Of a stretch of DNA of 20,000 nucleotides, positions 1-8,609 are shown one piece after another. The notes below the pieces were generated by a model. It did not search any database and was not told the DNA's origin. It saw nothing but the letters and a program-made list of their open reading frames with translations. The stretch lies in the sequence record SRR2962707_1178, one strand, 5' to 3'. The stretch's first letter is position 1; each line of letters opens with the position of its first letter. The position numbers and the translations under genes were made by a program.

Positions 1-1398
1 AGAGTCTCAACGGACATTGGCTATCAGAACCTCAAAATAGACAGCGGTCGCTCCGTGGTTCACAACTCATCTTATTTTGATGTTTCAGCACCAGACGCCG
101 CAACAAACTACTCGCCATCGTGGGCGAACTCTCGCTTAAAAACCCTTTATGGTATGGTCAATGCCGACTACGATTTGAATGATGATTGGACCCTTCATAC
201 TGGCCTAGGCCTGAATAAAAACAAGGAATATGGCGACTATTCGTCCCCTACTTTGAGCAATGCCGATGGTGATGCCACTGTGACTCGCTTGTCGGTACCT
301 TATGAGTCAAACACCTTCGCCTCGACACTGGGTCTAGTCGGTCATGTTAATACTGGCGATGTCACTCATCGGATTAACCTTGCCTATTCGGGCTTCGTGA
401 ATAAAAGCTATAGCGCGTATACCTATGGTAGCGCTTCAGATAATACGACAAATATCTATAACCCGAACGACACCGACTACCCTACAGCCTCCTCCTTAGC
501 CGATGGCAACATGGACAACCCTAATATCCGCAGCAAGACCAACGCTCGAGGTGTTTCCCTTGCGGATACCCTAGGCTTCTTGGATGACACCCTGCTTATT
601 ACAGCGGGTCTGCGCCGCCAAAATATAACGGTGAACAATTACGACTACGACGGTATTGAGTCCAGCTATTACGACGACGCGGCCACGTCCCCTATTTACG
701 GAATCGTCTATAAACCCATAGAGAATGTTTCCTTGTACGCAAACCATGTGGAAGCGTTGCAACAAGGAGATCAGGTTACCGACACCTCCGCCGCCAACTA
801 TGGCAGCGTATTAGCGCCTTACGTTTCTAAGCAAAATGAAATCGGTGTGAAGTACGAAAATGGCACCCTAGGCGCAGAGCTGGCTCTCTTTGAAATCACC
901 AAACCAGAAGCCTACACCTTAAATGGCGACTATGGTCTGCATGGCGAACAACGTAACCGCGGAGTGGAAGTCAGCCTGTATGGCGAACCTATGGCTGGAG
1001 TACGCTTGCATACCTCAGCGACGGTTCTGGACCCAGAGTTGCGCAATGCAGAAGACAGCGACAATAATGGCAATGATGCCGCTGGCGTCGCCAAGTATCG
1101 TCTTGTTGTTGGAGGAGAGTACGACTTACCATTCTTCGCTGGCGCCACGCTTGGCGGCAAAGTCATTCGCAGTGGTCCGCAGTATTTAGACGCAGCCAAC
1201 ACCACCGAGCTAGATTCATGGACACGCATCGATTTAAGCGCACGCTACCAAACCCAACTCTCAGAACATGAAGTAACATGGCGCTTAAACGTCACCAACC
1301 TAATGAACAAAGGGTATTGGGAAAGCGCCAGTAGCTCAGGTTACTTAACCCAAGGCAGTCCGCGTGAAATCAAATTATCCGTGAGCAGTACATTCTAG
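1..1398 (+). CDS. TonB-dependent siderophore receptor (FcuA/FhuA-like), 5'-truncated by the window edge
   Basis: Frame is open from base 1 (RVSTDIGYQNLKIDSGRSV...). Beta-barrel-like sequence with typical motifs (GEQRNRGVE, NVTNLMNKGYW, GSPREIKLSVSSTF) and a C-terminal Phe typical of outer-membrane proteins. Confidence 0.92.
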   Translation, partial: RVSTDIGYQNLKIDSGRSVVHNSSYFDVSAPDAATNYSPSWANSRLKTLYGMVNADYDLNDDWTLHTGLGLNKNKEYGDYSSPTLSNADGDATVTRLSVPYESNTFASTLGLVGHVNTGDVTHRINLAYSGFVNKSYSAYTYGSASDNTTNIYNPNDTDYPTASSLADGNMDNPNIRSKTNARGVSLADTLGFLDDTLLITAGLRRQNITVNNYDYDGIESSYYDDAATSPIYGIVYKPIENVSLYANHVEALQQGDQVTDTSAANYGSVLAPYVSKQNEIGVKYENGTLGAELALFEITKPEAYTLNGDYGLHGEQRNRGVEVSLYGEPMAGVRLHTSATVLDPELRNAEDSDNNGNDAAGVAKYRLVVGGEYDLPFFAGATLGGKVIRSGPQYLDAANTTELDSWTRIDLSARYQTQLSEHEVTWRLNVTNLMNKGYWESASSSGYLTQGSPREIKLSVSSTF

Positions 1399-1457
1399 GG
1401 AGAAGCCGCTAGCCTTCCCTAATACTAGGGTCAAACCACAAAGCCAGTCGCCATTTG

Positions 1458-2033
1458 CTATTGGCTTTGTGCCACCGCTGAAGAGAGTAAAGTGAAGGCA
1501 CTGTCTTGAGAAATGACCGTGGCGTACTCGCCGTCTAGATTCGCCAGCGACATCGCATGCACTTCATCCGCCGAGCGCTCATAGCCATTAAAATCCGCTT
1601 TGGCAAAGGCGAAACACGCCTCCTGAACCACATAGGTGTTAAACCCTAAATTGCCCGCCGTACGCACCGTCGATTCCACTGAATTATTGGTGCTCACGCC
1701 CACCACAACCAGATCCTTAATGCCTTTTTCTTGTAACCAAACGGCCAGATTTGAATGCGTAAATGCATCAGGCACAGACTTATCAATGACCATTTCATGA
1801 CTCAATGGCTGAAACACATCTTGGAATAAAGCACCATCTTGCTCTGGCCAGAACAGTGACTCAGGCTCCAGTGAAAGGTGTCGAACATGGACGATAGGCG
1901 CATGGTGTACTCGCCAATGGGCCAGCAACTCAGCAATGTCTTGTTCTGCATTAGGATTATTGCGTTGCCCAGCTTGCGGCCATGACATTCCCTTTTGCAT
2001 ATCAATAATAAGCAGGCACGGCATATTTTTCAT
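1458..2033 (-). CDS. Isochorismatase-family cysteine hydrolase-like protein
   Basis: LLIIDMQ, IDKSVPDAF, VVGVSTNNSVESTVRTAGNLGF motifs; Ser sits at the usual nucleophile position. Confidence 0.9.
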   Translation of the reverse strand: MKNMPCLLIIDMQKGMSWPQAGQRNNPNAEQDIAELLAHWRVHHAPIVHVRHLSLEPESLFWPEQDGALFQDVFQPLSHEMVIDKSVPDAFTHSNLAVWLQEKGIKDLVVVGVSTNNSVESTVRTAGNLGFNTYVVQEACFAFAKADFNGYERSADEVHAMSLANLDGEYATVISQDSAFTLLSSAVAQSQ

Positions 2034-2395
2034 GGTGCAATCTCCTTTTGTTTCACATCCAATAATCGCGTTAATTGGCGCGCTTGGCGTCGCTGAAAAA
2101 ACAGACTAACCAGCAAGGCAACAAACAGCAAAAAGACTAAGTTGGTTAAGAAGTCGATGCGATCTGTCGCCTGAGAGTTTTCTTTCACTGTGGCCGCTAG
2201 CTGCTCAATCTGTGTTTCAAGCGTCTGATAATCATCGCTTGAAGCAGTAGACACCTGCAAAATTGCCATACTGCGCTCTAACTCAATGACCTTCTTTTCG
2301 ACGCTTTGTAACGCCTTATTAGAATGAGATTGCGTGGCCATGGCGGGCAAAATAAAACCGCCAAGTAAACACAACAATAGGATGCGAAATAACAT
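2030..2395 (-). CDS. Hypothetical exported coiled-coil protein with C-terminal membrane anchor
   Basis: Signal peptide (MLFRILLLCLLGGFILPAMA), heptad-rich middle, hydrophobic helix LVFLLFVALLVSLFF followed by a basic tail; 4-bp ATGA overlap with the downstream gene. Confidence 0.75.
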   Translation of the reverse strand: MLFRILLLCLLGGFILPAMATQSHSNKALQSVEKKVIELERSMAILQVSTASSDDYQTLETQIEQLAATVKENSQATDRIDFLTNLVFLLFVALLVSLFFQRRQARQLTRLLDVKQKEIAP

Positions 2396-2491
2396 GAATA
2401 AGGCCTATGTCGATTTAACGAATATCAACATCATAACGGTATCCAAGGCTAGATGGCTATCATTAGAATGGGACCTTGTTTAACCTTTACT

Positions 2492-3388
2492 TTACTGAAT
2501 GCGAGAAAACGCCTGTTTCAGAAAATCGACCACCAAGCGCAGTTTTTTTGAATTTGCCGTGCCGGGCGGGAAAACAGCAAACACATCAATATCAGAGCAG
2601 CGGTAATCGGCAAGAATGCGCTCTAATGAACCATATTCAAGGCGCGGCTTTGCGTCGTAACTGGGAATCCGGCCGATACCATTCCCCCCTTCTAAAAACA
2701 GAGTGCGGGCGGCCGCATTATTGGTGCTAACGGCGCCAACCACCGAAATACTAAAAGAGCGCCCGCCTTGGCTAAGATGAACGGAATTGGCCGCTTGCCG
2801 ATACACAACCCAATCATGGTCATACAATTCTTGCGGCTGAGTGGGTTTACCACGCAAGCGGAAGTATTCTGGTGCGCCACACAAATAGGTCTCAAACGAC
2901 GCCAGCTTACTGGCCTGCAAGCCGGAATCCGCCAATGGCGCCCCACGAATAGCCAGATCGACACCGTCTTTTATTATGTTCACCACCTCATCGCCTAATG
3001 ACACATCCAGCTCAATAAGCGGATACAAACGACGAAACTCATTCAAAGCCGGCACCACAATCTGTAACCCTAAATTCACCGGGCAGGTGATTTTTAACTT
3101 ACCTATGGGCTCTTGCTTGGCTTTTTCTATCTGTAAATTGGCTTCGTGCGCTTGATGGGCAATCGTTCGACAACGCTGATAATACGCCTCTCCCGTTTCC
3201 GTTAACGATATTGAGCGAGTCGTGCGGTTGAGTAACACCACGCCCAATTGATCTTCTAGCTTTTTAAGGTGGTAGCTCACGACGCCACGAGAAATCCCCA
3301 TCGCTTTTGCCGCGGCCGTTAGGCTGCCTTGCTCGATAACCTGAGAAAACACCACCATGCTTTTTAACTGTTCAAAGGAAATATCCAT
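2492..3388 (-). CDS. LysR-family transcriptional regulator (CrgA/DmlR-like)
   Basis: N-terminal HTH (GSLTAAAKAMGISRGVVSYHLKKLEDQLGVVLLNRTTRSISLTETG), 298 aa, divergent from the DJ-1 gene. Confidence 0.95.
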   Translation of the reverse strand: MDISFEQLKSMVVFSQVIEQGSLTAAAKAMGISRGVVSYHLKKLEDQLGVVLLNRTTRSISLTETGEAYYQRCRTIAHQAHEANLQIEKAKQEPIGKLKITCPVNLGLQIVVPALNEFRRLYPLIELDVSLGDEVVNIIKDGVDLAIRGAPLADSGLQASKLASFETYLCGAPEYFRLRGKPTQPQELYDHDWVVYRQAANSVHLSQGGRSFSISVVGAVSTNNAAARTLFLEGGNGIGRIPSYDAKPRLEYGSLERILADYRCSDIDVFAVFPPGTANSKKLRLVVDFLKQAFSRIQ

Positions 3389-3418
3389 CGTGTCTCACGC
3401 TTTGTAATCAATGCCTCT

Positions 3419-3441
3419 ATTGTATCAATAATTAAATCAAT
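3419..3441. promoter_or_regulatory. Putative LysR operator dyad ATTGT-N13-TCAAT
   Basis: ATTGTATCAATAATTAAATCAAT in the divergent intergenic region, 30 bp upstream of the LysR start. Confidence 0.5.
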
Positions 3442-3568
3442 GATGTCAATTTTGTCCCCATAGTCAAGATTTGAATCCACCTCTATACTAATCCCACGCT
3501 TATCGATACAGATGGCATTCGCGATTCATCGATAGCAAACCAAACAAACACTCGCTTATAAGGAGCCC

Positions 3569-4261
3569 GTGATGAGCAGCAAGAAAATTTTAGTTGTCCT
3601 AACCTCTCATTCAGACTTAGGAAACACAGGCCATAAAACCGGTTTTTGGGTAGAAGAGTTCGCAGCACCTTATTATGCTTTCATCGATGCTGGCGCAGAA
3701 GTCACTGTTGCGACACCAAAAGGTGGTCAAGCGCCCATCGACCCAAACAGTGAATTAAGCGATGCGCAAACCGCAGCCACAAAGCGCTTCTACGAAGACC
3801 AAACAGCACAAAACATCATTGCCAACACACAGCTATTAAGCGACATGAAGCAAGAAAATTTTGATGCCATTTTCTACCCAGGTGGCCACGGCCCATTGTG
3901 GGACTTAACGAACAATGAAACATCCATTGCCTTGATCGAAAGCTTCCTACACGCAGAGAAGCCTATTTCTTCTGTCTGCCATGCCCCTAGTGCGTTTTTG
4001 AACATCAAAGACAGCAAAGGTGAATATTATGTCAAAGGGAAAACCGTCACTGCGTTCAAAAACAGTGAAGAAGACGCCGTACAACTGACCGATGTTGTTC
4101 CTTTTCTACTAGAAGACGAGCTGAAAAAACGCGGCGCGGAATACCAAAGTAGCGCGGACTGGAGTGCATTTGCGGTTCAAGACGGCTTAATGATTACCGG
4201 TCAGAACCCAGCAAGCTCTGAACTTGTTGCAGAAAAACTGCTCACTGCACTGAGCAAATAA
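3569..4261 (+). CDS. DJ-1/PfpI (type 1 glutamine amidotransferase-like, Hsp31/glyoxalase III-like) protein
   Basis: TGFWVEEFAAPYY, FYPGGHGPLWDL, SSVCHAP, ITGQNPAS motifs; RBS AAGGAG at ~3560; start is GTG 3569 or ATG 3572. Confidence 0.93.
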   Translation: MMSSKKILVVLTSHSDLGNTGHKTGFWVEEFAAPYYAFIDAGAEVTVATPKGGQAPIDPNSELSDAQTAATKRFYEDQTAQNIIANTQLLSDMKQENFDAIFYPGGHGPLWDLTNNETSIALIESFLHAEKPISSVCHAPSAFLNIKDSKGEYYVKGKTVTAFKNSEEDAVQLTDVVPFLLEDELKKRGAEYQSSADWSAFAVQDGLMITGQNPASSELVAEKLLTALSK

Positions 4262-4292
4262 AACACCTTAATTAGCCACCAAAAGTGGCTTC

Positions 4293-4326
4293 AAGCCTGC
4301 CTTATTTACCCATAAGGCAGGCTTTT
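4293..4326 (+). terminator. Rho-independent terminator after the DJ-1 gene
   Basis: AAGCCTGCCTTAT-ttaccc-ATAAGGCAGGCTT stem ending in a short T tract; a second small hairpin AGCCAC-caaaa-GTGGCT lies just upstream. Confidence 0.8.
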
Positions 4327-4592
4327 CTACGCCTAAAAACCAACCATTTTTTCGTTTAATTCCGCCTTGTTTAGCCTTCATTATCATAAATGATAAGGAT
4401 CTGAGTGAAAAAGTACATCTGTTTGCAAATTCTATTATAAAAAGTATTTATATCTCGAATTCCGCAATTTTCATTCAAAGAATTGGACCAATTATTGATT
4501 CAAAGCCTCTCCTATAGATTACGAAACCTAAGCTATCTATACTAAAAACAATTCGAAACCTGACACATTATTGACCCTTCTGGAGTTCTCAA

Positions 4593-4646
4593 ATGACTGT
4601 TATCCTAGTCGCAAGTGCCGCCTACTTTTGGCTGTACTCTGTTTAG
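4593..4646 (+). CDS. Candidate small hydrophobic peptide, 17 aa (MTVILVASAAYFWLYSV)
   Basis: GGAG at 4582-4585, 7 nt before the ATG; uncharged hydrophobic product; TATACT -10-like hexamer at 4538-4543; hairpin terminator right after the stop. Confidence 0.45.
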   Translation: MTVILVASAAYFWLYSV

Positions 4647-4664
4647 TTTTTTCCTTAAAAAACG

Positions 4665-4699
4665 AAAAAAAAGCCAGAACTCAATGAATTCTGGCTTTT
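4665..4699. terminator. Bidirectional Rho-independent terminator (Dabb gene on -, small ORF on +)
   Basis: A8-GCCAGAA-ctcaatgaa-TTCTGGC-TTTT. Confidence 0.8.
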
Positions 4700-4747
4700 C
4701 TATAAACAATGCCCCGTCCTGAAATAAACGCGTACTAGCGGCTTCTA

Positions 4748-5044
4748 TTAAGCCGCGTAATCTAGCATGACCACATCTTCTAAGATCGGCAGCAATTCGT
4801 CGTTCACCAATGTCTGGTGCGCAGAATGAGGGAGATAAGCGTCACGAGCCGCCTCATCTACAAATGTCATAAACACACAGTGTGTGTAATGTTTAGAACC
4901 GACAGGGCTGTTATTTACTCCCCACTCAACGGCTTCGATCCCTTCGATTTTGTCTTTTAATGCTGAAATATTATCAAGGCAGCCAGTGATGGCTTCAGCG
5001 CTTGCTTCTTCTTTAAATTGAATAAATAGAATATGGCGAATCAT
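4748..5044 (-). CDS. Dabb-family stress-responsive alpha/beta barrel protein
   Basis: MIRHILFIQFK, EWGVNNSP, YTHCVFMTF, RDAYLPHSAH, VVMLDY motifs; RBS GGAG upstream. Confidence 0.9.
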   Translation of the reverse strand: MIRHILFIQFKEEASAEAITGCLDNISALKDKIEGIEAVEWGVNNSPVGSKHYTHCVFMTFVDEAARDAYLPHSAHQTLVNDELLPILEDVVMLDYAA

Positions 5045-5200
5045 GTGGATTTCACTCCTAATAAATACATTATGGTTAATACTAATGCGCTCATACTAGC
5101 ATGACGCTATTCACCAAATAGTTAAGAAATAAGGCCAATTCAGGCATTTTAGTACGCGTTGGGTTGATGAAGTTGCGAACAATAAACAGACAAAAAAAGG

Positions 5201-5857
5201 TCACTTTGAGAGCAGAATATAAGGCGCAATAGCCTCAGCCCATACTCGATATTGAGCAGCATTAATGTGTAGATAATCTCCCATTACCTCAGGGCTCACC
5301 CGCCCATTGTCATCTAAAAAACACTCATTGATATCAAGATAAACCACCTCTTCAGTGTCTGCATAAGCTTGCATCAAACGATTCACTTCATCGTTTAACA
5401 CTCGCATTTTTTGCGTGGGCTTGGCGCTTCTAGGAAAAATGGCCAGCAATAGTATTTTTGTCTTCGGTAGCTTGACTCGTAATATCGCCAAAATCGCTTG
5501 AATGCCTAAGGCTGTCTCTTGGGGAGCATCTTGCCGATGGCCTGTGTTATTGGTCCCGATCAATAACACCAAGCACTTAGGCTCAATACCCTCGACCGCA
5601 CCATGGGCTAATCGCCATAATACATGCTCGGTGCGATCACCATTGAAACCAAGGTTTAATGCATTCAAAGAGCCGTAATATTCATCCCAAAATACCCGCC
5701 CTTCGGCTTCCCAGCCCTGAGTAATTGAGTCACCCAAAAACACCAGATCAACCCGTTCCATCGACGCTTTCTCGGCCAGTTTTTGTTGGTGGCGGGGCAG
5801 CCACCAATCAGCATCTTGCGGCGTTGCCAACAACGACAGTGGCGTCGGCTCTGGCAT
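5201..5857 (-). CDS. SGNH/GDSL hydrolase (PAF-acetylhydrolase IB-like esterase)
   Basis: Blocks FLGDSIT, GDRTEH, LIGTNN, DYLH. Start moved to MPEPT (5857) because AAGGA precedes it; the ORF track start is 5938. Confidence 0.88.
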   Translation of the reverse strand: MPEPTPLSLLATPQDADWWLPRHQQKLAEKASMERVDLVFLGDSITQGWEAEGRVFWDEYYGSLNALNLGFNGDRTEHVLWRLAHGAVEGIEPKCLVLLIGTNNTGHRQDAPQETALGIQAILAILRVKLPKTKILLLAIFPRSAKPTQKMRVLNDEVNRLMQAYADTEEVVYLDINECFLDDNGRVSPEVMGDYLHINAAQYRVWAEAIAPYILLSK

Positions 5858-6020
5858 TTCATCCTTTCTCTCATGACTCACCTTGGCTCTCCTACTCTTT
5901 TGAGGGTTCGCAATAGACCATTTGCCCAAAGAGAACACACAGCCGTCATTATATAAAAATCAGTAAACACGGTATCCTAACGACTCCATTCACAGACTGT
6001 AAACACCACCATGTCTTTAA

Positions 6021-6149
6021 GCCTTCCGCTTAAGTGACACCCGCACCGAATGGCGCATCGGCGCCTCTGAAAACTACCAATCCCAGCGCGCTTTTTACGA
6101 ATATTTAGGGCTCGCGTGGCAGTGGCTGAAAGCGAAAAACGTCGAATGA
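6021..6149 (+). pseudogene. elyC: C-terminal remnant of an ElyC/YdcF (DUF218) family gene
   Basis: Start-less frame AFRLSDTRTEWRIGASENYQSQRAFYEYLGLAWQWLKAKNVE*, preceded by in-frame TAA. YEYLGLAWQWLK resembles the ElyC C-terminus (YETLGRIWQWLK in E. coli, from memory). Confidence 0.6.
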
Positions 6150-6169
6150 TCAATGGGCATCACGAAAAC

Positions 6170-6199
6170 AAAAAAGGCCGAGCAGATGCTCAGCCTTTT
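6170..6199 (-). terminator. Rho-independent terminator of trpR-trpE-trpG (possibly bidirectional)
   Basis: Minus strand GGCTGAGCA-tc-TGCTCGGCC-TTTTTT about 15 bp after the trpG stop. Confidence 0.8.
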
Positions 6200-6214
6200 C
6201 GTATTGTCTCTTAT

Positions 6215-6877
6215 TTATACTTGAAACAAGAAGTTCTTAATCAGGTCTTTGCCACCTTCTGTCGCAAAAGACTCTGGGTGAAACTGAATACCTTGAATCG
6301 GATACTCTTTATGGCGAACCCCCATTAGCTCAAAGTCGCCACCTTGGTTTATCGTCTTAATATTGCTGAAGTCCGCCTCTTGCAAATCCCCCACAGACGC
6401 CGTCACCTCTAACACATCAGGAAAGCTTTCTGCTTCGGCAATCAGTGAATGGTAGCGCATGACTTCTAACTGGTCTGGAATGTCATGGAAAATACCTTCG
6501 CCATTGTGAGTAAGGGGGCTGGTTTTACCGTGCATTGGCAATGGCGCTTTCACCACTTTGCCGCCAAACACATGGCAAATACCCTGCATACCAAGACAAA
6601 CGCCCATTAATGGGATGGTTTTGCCAAATTCCACAATCACCTCAGCACAAATACCAAAGTAGGCCTTATCGTCTGGTGAACCTGGGCCAGGAGAAATAAT
6701 GATGCGGTCTGGTGCGGCCTTGCGAATGTCATCCAAGGTCACTTCGTCATTACGCTTCACTATCACTTCAAAGCTTGAAACTTCGCCCTTGCTTTGTTCC
6801 GTTTCCAACACTTCGCCAATAAACTGATACAGGTTGTAGGTGAAAGAGTCGTAATTATCGATAATGTATACTTTCAT
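6215..6877 (-). CDS. trpG: Anthranilate synthase component II (glutamine amidotransferase)
   Basis: IIDNYDSFTYNL, IISPGPGSP, GVCLGMQ, MRYHSL, QFHPES. Start MKVYI at 6877 with GGAG RBS overlapping the trpE end. Confidence 0.93.
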   Translation of the reverse strand: MKVYIIDNYDSFTYNLYQFIGEVLETEQSKGEVSSFEVIVKRNDEVTLDDIRKAAPDRIIISPGPGSPDDKAYFGICAEVIVEFGKTIPLMGVCLGMQGICHVFGGKVVKAPLPMHGKTSPLTHNGEGIFHDIPDQLEVMRYHSLIAEAESFPDVLEVTASVGDLQEADFSNIKTINQGGDFELMGVRHKEYPIQGIQFHPESFATEGGKDLIKNFLFQV

Positions 6878-6881
6878 GTGT

Positions 6882-8327
6882 TTACTCCAGACCGGCATTG
6901 TTTATGGCGTTGGTTTTCGGTGCAAAGCTTTCTAAAACACGACGAGTGCCAGCAAATTTGCGTTGAATTTCTTCGTATTCGTCTTCGGCATTAGAGTCAT
7001 AGACATTGCCGCCACAAGTCTGCACGTAGGCTTTCTCACCTTTCGCAAAAACGGTACGGATCGGTATCGCAAACATGCAATCGCCATTGAAAGAGAATTG
7101 ACCAACCGCACCACCGTAAGGGCCACGACCATCGTTTTCTAAATCGTCGATGATCTTCATCGCTTCGATTTTAGGTGCGCCCGTCAAGGTGCCCGCAGGG
7201 AAGTTGCTCGCCAATGCAGAAAACATGTCATGATCTTCCGCCATGATGCCGACAATTTCACTGGAAATATGCTGAACATGACTAAAGCGTTTGATGTCCA
7301 TCAGGCTACGCACCTTCACCGTGCCAAAGCGAGCCACTCGACCAATGTCATTACGATGCAGGTCGACAATCATGTTGTGCTCAGCAATTTCTTTCGGGTC
7401 ATTCAATAAGGCGCGCGCTAAGGCCACGTCTTCTTTTTCGTCTACACCACGCTTCGCTGTGCCCGCAAGCGGGAAGGTTTCCATTTCCCCTTGGCGCACG
7501 CGGAACAAGAGTTCAGGACTGGCGCCAATGACTTTTTGCTCGCCAAATTTGATGTAATACATTTGTGGTGACGGGTTCACTTCACGCAGTTGCTCATACA
7601 AGTTAATCGTATCGCCTGCCATGTTGAACCACATTTTGAAGCCCACTTCACACTGGAAGATTTTACCGTCTACTATGTCTTGTTTCACTTTCGCCACCGC
7701 ATCTGCGTGGTCAGATTTAGACATAGATTCACCCGCTGGCGTCACCACGAATGGGCCATTTTTCGGCGTTTCTTCTGCCATCATCTTATTCACGAGTGCC
7801 ACACGATTGGCATCGCAATGCTCATCTTCGTAGTAGAAGTAGACCACTTCGCCGGTCATCTTGTCGTAGATCAGACCGTCTTTGTACAAACCAAAACGGA
7901 AGGCATCAAACATCTCACTCGACTGCAGATTCAAACTTGGCTCAAAGTAGTTCATACTGTCGTAACCAAGATAACCGGTTAACCCACCCGCGAAACCGCG
8001 CGACAAAATATTCTGCGGCACAATGTCTCGTAGCAAATAATATGGGTTCTCAGATTCGTAGGACTCAGTACTGCCATCACGCTCTTGAATAAACAGCTGT
8101 TTGCCTTCAGCCCAGATCAATTTCTCAGGGTCAAAGCCAATGATCGAATGGCGGGAAATAAAACTCTCTTCGCCAAGGGATTCCAACATAAAGCAGTTAT
8201 CGAAATGCTTTTCTACCGTTTTAAACAAGGCAAAAAAGTCACAATCGGCGCTGATAGTAATGTACTTAGGCTTGCGCGGTAGCGTGATGCGCTGCGGCTT
8301 TTTTTGATAGTAAGACTGGCTACTCAT
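6882..8327 (-). CDS. trpE: Anthranilate synthase component I
   Basis: MLES, NPSP, GASPE, PLAGT (Ala as in TrpE, not the PabB PIKGT Lys), EHNMIVDLHRND, PAGTLTGAPKIEAM, RGPYGG; coupled to trpR and trpG. Confidence 0.9.
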   Translation of the reverse strand: MSSQSYYQKKPQRITLPRKPKYITISADCDFFALFKTVEKHFDNCFMLESLGEESFISRHSIIGFDPEKLIWAEGKQLFIQERDGSTESYESENPYYLLRDIVPQNILSRGFAGGLTGYLGYDSMNYFEPSLNLQSSEMFDAFRFGLYKDGLIYDKMTGEVVYFYYEDEHCDANRVALVNKMMAEETPKNGPFVVTPAGESMSKSDHADAVAKVKQDIVDGKIFQCEVGFKMWFNMAGDTINLYEQLREVNPSPQMYYIKFGEQKVIGASPELLFRVRQGEMETFPLAGTAKRGVDEKEDVALARALLNDPKEIAEHNMIVDLHRNDIGRVARFGTVKVRSLMDIKRFSHVQHISSEIVGIMAEDHDMFSALASNFPAGTLTGAPKIEAMKIIDDLENDGRGPYGGAVGQFSFNGDCMFAIPIRTVFAKGEKAYVQTCGGNVYDSNAEDEYEEIQRKFAGTRRVLESFAPKTNAINNAGLE

Positions 8328-8554
8328 GATTCTTTTAATTCCTTCAATGCGCGGGAGCCACGGGTCACCGTAGCAATACCAACACCTAACTGTTTTGCGA
8401 TGTCGCGCTGTGGCACACCGTCGTCTAATAAGGCAATGATTTTTAACCGGCGCGCCATTTCGCTGATCTCGTTTGGCGTCAGCAACACGGTTAAGCGCTT
8501 TTCTAACTCGGCGGCATCATCAACTTCGGATAAAAACTGGATCAAGTCCTTCAT
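8324..8554 (-). CDS. trpR: Trp repressor-family protein (short, 76 aa)
   Basis: LLTPNE...RRL, QRDIAKQLGVGIATVTRGSRALK (TrpR HTH signature); ATGA overlap with trpE. Confidence 0.9.
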   Translation of the reverse strand: MKDLIQFLSEVDDAAELEKRLTVLLTPNEISEMARRLKIIALLDDGVPQRDIAKQLGVGIATVTRGSRALKELKES

Positions 8555-8591
8555 AGGTTGTGTCTCTAATGACTCTTATAAAAAGGGCTGT

Positions 8592-8609
8592 GTATTCACG
8601 TACTAGTAC
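8592..8609. promoter_or_regulatory. TrpR operator
   Basis: Minus strand GTACTAGTACGTGAATAC, an 18-bp match to the TrpR consensus GTACTAGTTAACTAGTAC, containing the palindrome GTACTAGTAC. Confidence 0.8.

Noticed and set aside
1396..1421. Hairpin after the TonB receptor stop
   Set aside because: Imperfect stem with no U tract; not callable as an intrinsic terminator.
6882..8327. PabB/PabA (folate) assignment for the chorismate-binding pair
   Set aside because: PLAGT lacks the PabB catalytic Lys (PIKGT), and the genes are coupled to TrpR with a TrpR operator.
8555..8607. trpL leader peptide or attenuator
   Set aside because: The leader is only ~45 nt with no Trp-codon ORF or terminator hairpin, and trpR overlaps trpE directly.
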